A DNA stretch of 63,890 nucleotides, filler included, from Hausera hauseri (lineage: Eukaryota): assembly GCA_046269625.1 (NCBI GenBank). It is 11 parts of 11 records of this genome, joined end to end, with 100 filler letters (N's around TTAATTAATTAA, not from the genome) between each part and the next. Parts side by side here need not be neighbours in the genome. Positions count along the whole stretch, not along the records: positions 59,357 to 63,890 come from JBJURY010538231.1; 10 more parts are not named here. One strand, given 5' to 3'. Position 1 is the first letter of the stretch; each line of letters begins with the position of its first letter. The notes under the pieces were generated by a model. The model did no database searches, was not told where the DNA came from, and saw nothing but the letters and a program-made list of their open reading frames with translations. Shown in pieces: positions 60,861-63,890 of the stretch. Both the position numbers and the translations under genes were made by a program.

Positions 60861-61968
60861 TTAACAATCATAAGCATTCCCAAATTCTTTATTCTCCCGT
60901 TGGTGTTAATACATCAAGACATAATCGTATTACTTCCGCTCTTCCATCAGTTGTCAATACAATCGTCTGAGCCTCTTTCTTCCGCTGTAAATTATTATTC
61001 ACGCACAATCATCCGAAGATAATACCATCCAGGCTTTTTGAAATCGTCTATTGATTTCAAATAATCGCCGAGAGAAGCCTATTTATTATCAAAAGATTTA
61101 TTTATATAACATAGTACAATATAATATGGCGGTCAGATTCATTATTGGTCATACATTCATCGCGTTTTTCATTAAATTTTATCCTGTACAAACTACCATA
61201 ACTAGCATCAGAGTAATAACTGTCTTTATCTCAACATCATTTTGCTAGTTCCATTAGATATATGTCGGGTATTCTTATTAACTCCCTGTATTTAAAAACG
61301 TAACCATCGCCATTAACTGCAATCTGAGCCAGATCAAACGAAAAGTTTTCATTTCATTAACTTGTATTTAAGGGACTCTAAAAATTCATATTTCTTTATT
61401 GACATCCATTTACATTTAGCTTCTTTCTCTACATACATTCTCATTTCATACTTCCTATTCCTTATATAGACTGTAACCTCCTTTCCATGATACAATTCAA
61501 CCGGTTCTGTATCTCCTACTTCCTTGATTTCATGCATGAGTCTCATCTCTAATTTTCCTTCTGCCATAATATCATGTAGCACAGGTTATTTCTTGAGAAA
61601 CTACTTGTCCATTTCCATGTTAATTNNNNNNNNNNAATTAACTAATTCGTCTATTCATTTTAACTTGTACTGTCGCCAAAGGATATTCATTTCGATTAAC
61701 CAACTATTATTTTGAGTCTAGTGCGCTCCTAATGATTAAAAGGAAATTAAATGATTATAACTAAAATACATCAACAACATGTCATTATTTATTCTCTCTG
61801 ATTCTTCACAATATCATATACAATTCAAAATTATTACCAGCATTGCTATCTTGATTTCCTATTGCTTCTGTCTGTCGGTTTGCCATAGACTTTTCTATCC
61901 CAAACGAATGATTAAAAGGAATATTCTGACAATTTCCTGTTTCTGGCCAAGAATCGATGTAATACTAG

Positions 61969-62141
61969 GGTTCGTAAAAATGTTTCAAAAATGTTTCAAA
62001 TCGGTTCAATGTCAAGGTTCGTAGGAATGTTTCAAATCTATTCAATATCAAGGTTCGTAGAAATGTTTCAAATCTATTCAATAACAAGGTTCGTAAAAAT
62101 GTTTCAAATCTATTCAGTACCAAGGATTGTAGAAATGTTTC
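61969..62141. repeat. 36-bp minisatellite (about 5 copies)
   Basis: AAGGTTCGTAGAAATGTTTCAAATCTATTCAATATC head-to-tail with no spacers. Confidence 0.9.
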
Positions 62142-62824
62142 GCTTTACTCGTCATAATAAATCTATTCACAGGTAAGTTAATATTATCAAAGCCTAATCT
62201 ACCGTTAATCGTATAATTCAGATTTGGTAGACTCTTCTCCCGAAAATGATAAACCAAGTTATGTTGAGTTAAGTTTAGTTTTAGTTGTGTTGTGTATGTT
62301 CATTTCATTTCGCTTATATAGCAATTTTTGACGTTCCATTTTTGATTTCCATTTTAACAATTCATTTTCAAAACTACTTATTTACATAATTGGTTTTTTG
62401 AATTGACGTGATTAATTTTAGAAAATACCGTATAACTATGGCGGCTCATTTCGACTGCACGTATGACTAATCTAATTATTAAAAGTGACTGTTAAAAATC
62501 TTTAATTATCTTCATATGATTAATCCGATTGTTAAAAATATCGTTAACTTTACTATATTATTCACCAATAGTAATTTATATAATCTTACCTTAATAGGTT
62601 ATCTGACCGCCTGGTTAACAATTTTTTACAGGCTACAGGAAAACTTATGACACCCATCACTTGGGTTTACAATATATACAAGATAATAAAAATAGGAAAA
62701 TAGTATGTTTACAATATTGAATCAGATGTCAAAAAGCAAATAATGTCAAAATGTCAGATGTCATTATGTTTATCAAATGTCACAATGTTTAAAGAATCAA
62801 ATGTCACAATGTATGTTTAAAGAA

Positions 62825-63589
62825 TCAAATGTCACAATGTTTAAAGAACATGTTTAAGGAACTCCAACATTTCTCCCTCCCCCCTTTGAAAAGGATTCGG
62901 TCCTCCGGATCACTCTGGGTACTGGAATCGATAAAACTGAGATTTCTTGGTCTGATTGTTAACGTCGCATCATTCACTGGATTCATCCAATGGCATAATC
63001 GCTGGGTACGGTTGTCGTAGGTATATGTGAAATGGTAGTAGACTGATGGTTGACGGCAATATGGGCATGAAATACCGTTCTGGAACGTCATTTGAAGTGC
63101 ATCGTTTGGGTCAGTGGTTTGCAGGAATTGAGAACGAAGTTTGTTGAAACATGTTGCACACAAAGTGTGGTTACACTGGAATTGGACCACTGTTATTCGT
63201 TCAGTAAGACAAATTGTACATTCGTATGTTGGAAGTTGGTCGTAGAAAAGAATGTGTAGTGTTGCCCAAAGATCAGGTGGGGCTAGGTCAAAAATAAGGT
63301 CGATTGGACATTTACTGAGTACGGAAAACCAATCTTGTTGCAATAATATTGGTAATGGAGGACTATGAGATATAGTTGGTTGGGGAGTTATTGAAGGTGC
63401 AGGTATGGGTAATTCAGATAATGGTCTAATGACCCTTTCAGGGTGGTAGCGTAGATGTGGTATTGAAGATGGTTGGCGTAAAAGAGATATAACATTTATG
63501 TGAGGTAAAGGAACTTGATATACAGTTTCTGGTGGTCTAATTATTGTGGATTGACTAAAGCGATGAATGGGGAATTCGATTCTAACCAA
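62825..63589 (-). CDS. Intronless C3HC4 RING-finger protein with Pro-rich N-terminus (start uncertain)
   Basis: CTIC...CNHTLCATC...CPYCR has complete RING-HC ligand spacing. Confidence 0.7.
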   Translation of the reverse strand: MVRIEFPIHRFSQSTIIRPPETVYQVPLPHINVISLLRQPSSIPHLRYHPERVIRPLSELPIPAPSITPQPTISHSPPLPILLQQDWFSVLSKCPIDLIFDLAPPDLWATLHILFYDQLPTYECTICLTERITVVQFQCNHTLCATCFNKLRSQFLQTTDPNDALQMTFQNGISCPYCRQPSVYYHFTYTYDNRTQRLCHWMNPVNDATLTIRPRNLSFIDSSTQSDPEDRILFKGGREKCWSSLNMFFKHCDI

Positions 63590-63890
63590 CGATTGTTGTT
63601 CCAGTCGGAAATATCTTGTTGGTAATAATTGAGGGATTGGGGTGTTAGTAATAGTAGGTAAGGCTCGTCTAGGGTGATGAAAGTAAGAGAATATGTATTT
63701 AGGACAAAAATAGCATATACTACAGATTAGATATCGATGATAGGATTCTAATTGATAACAATGAGAGCAATATTCAGCATTACAGCAACTGAATTGGTAG
63801 GATGTTTTATTAGGTTTTTGGCATAGGCAACAAGTATGGAGTTGAACATGTGGAATTAAAAAAGATGTTGATACATCCCAGGTATAGTAA

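Noticed and set aside
61969-62141. 36-bp repeats as a CRISPR array
   Set aside because: Units are head-to-tail with no unique spacers, there are no cas genes, and the context is eukaryotic. It is a minisatellite.

Overview
This window is not one locus. It is 11 short, AT-rich, unplaced contigs from a eukaryote (probably an invertebrate animal), joined by artificial 100-nt spacers (N44-TTAATTAATTAA-N44), so adjacency across spacers means nothing. The contigs are 1-5175, 5276-10279, 10380-17766, 17867-28079, 28180-33637, 33738-38686, 38787-42779, 42880-48554, 48655-54422, 54523-59256 and 59357-63890. Content is mostly mobile DNA. Highlight 1 (contig 17867-28079): an intact, circularly permuted 10,136-bp Ty3/Gypsy LTR retrotransposon. 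It has one ~1.14-kb TG..CA LTR, a tRNA-iMet PBS, a PPT, Gag with 4 zinc knuckles and a GGGAAAC -1 frameshift. Its Pol carries an OTU deubiquitinase-like domain (Ser at the catalytic Cys position) between RNase H and integrase, plus three acidic DFEGF motifs in the integrase tail. A third ORF, behind a splice acceptor in the env position, encodes an SGNH/GDSL hydrolase with an RG-rich tail. Highlight 2 (contigs 33738-38686 and 42880-48554): two diverged, decayed Gypsy elements share an unusual 3' cargo. Integrase runs in frame into a signal-like segment, followed by an FN3-like domain and a TM helix. A further ORF holds an unknown domain plus a REX4/ISG20-like DEDDh exonuclease fold whose first catalytic Asp is Asn in both copies. 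Also present: three decayed copies of another Gypsy family, Polinton/Maverick remnants (major capsid, minor capsid, adenain protease), Tc1 and mariner fossils, a LINE 3' end, a palindrome-rich MITE family, an intronless FCP1-like phosphatase, an intronless RING ORF, an orphan BCAT-like exon and several tandem repeats. All domain calls are by-eye motif recognition, not database searches.
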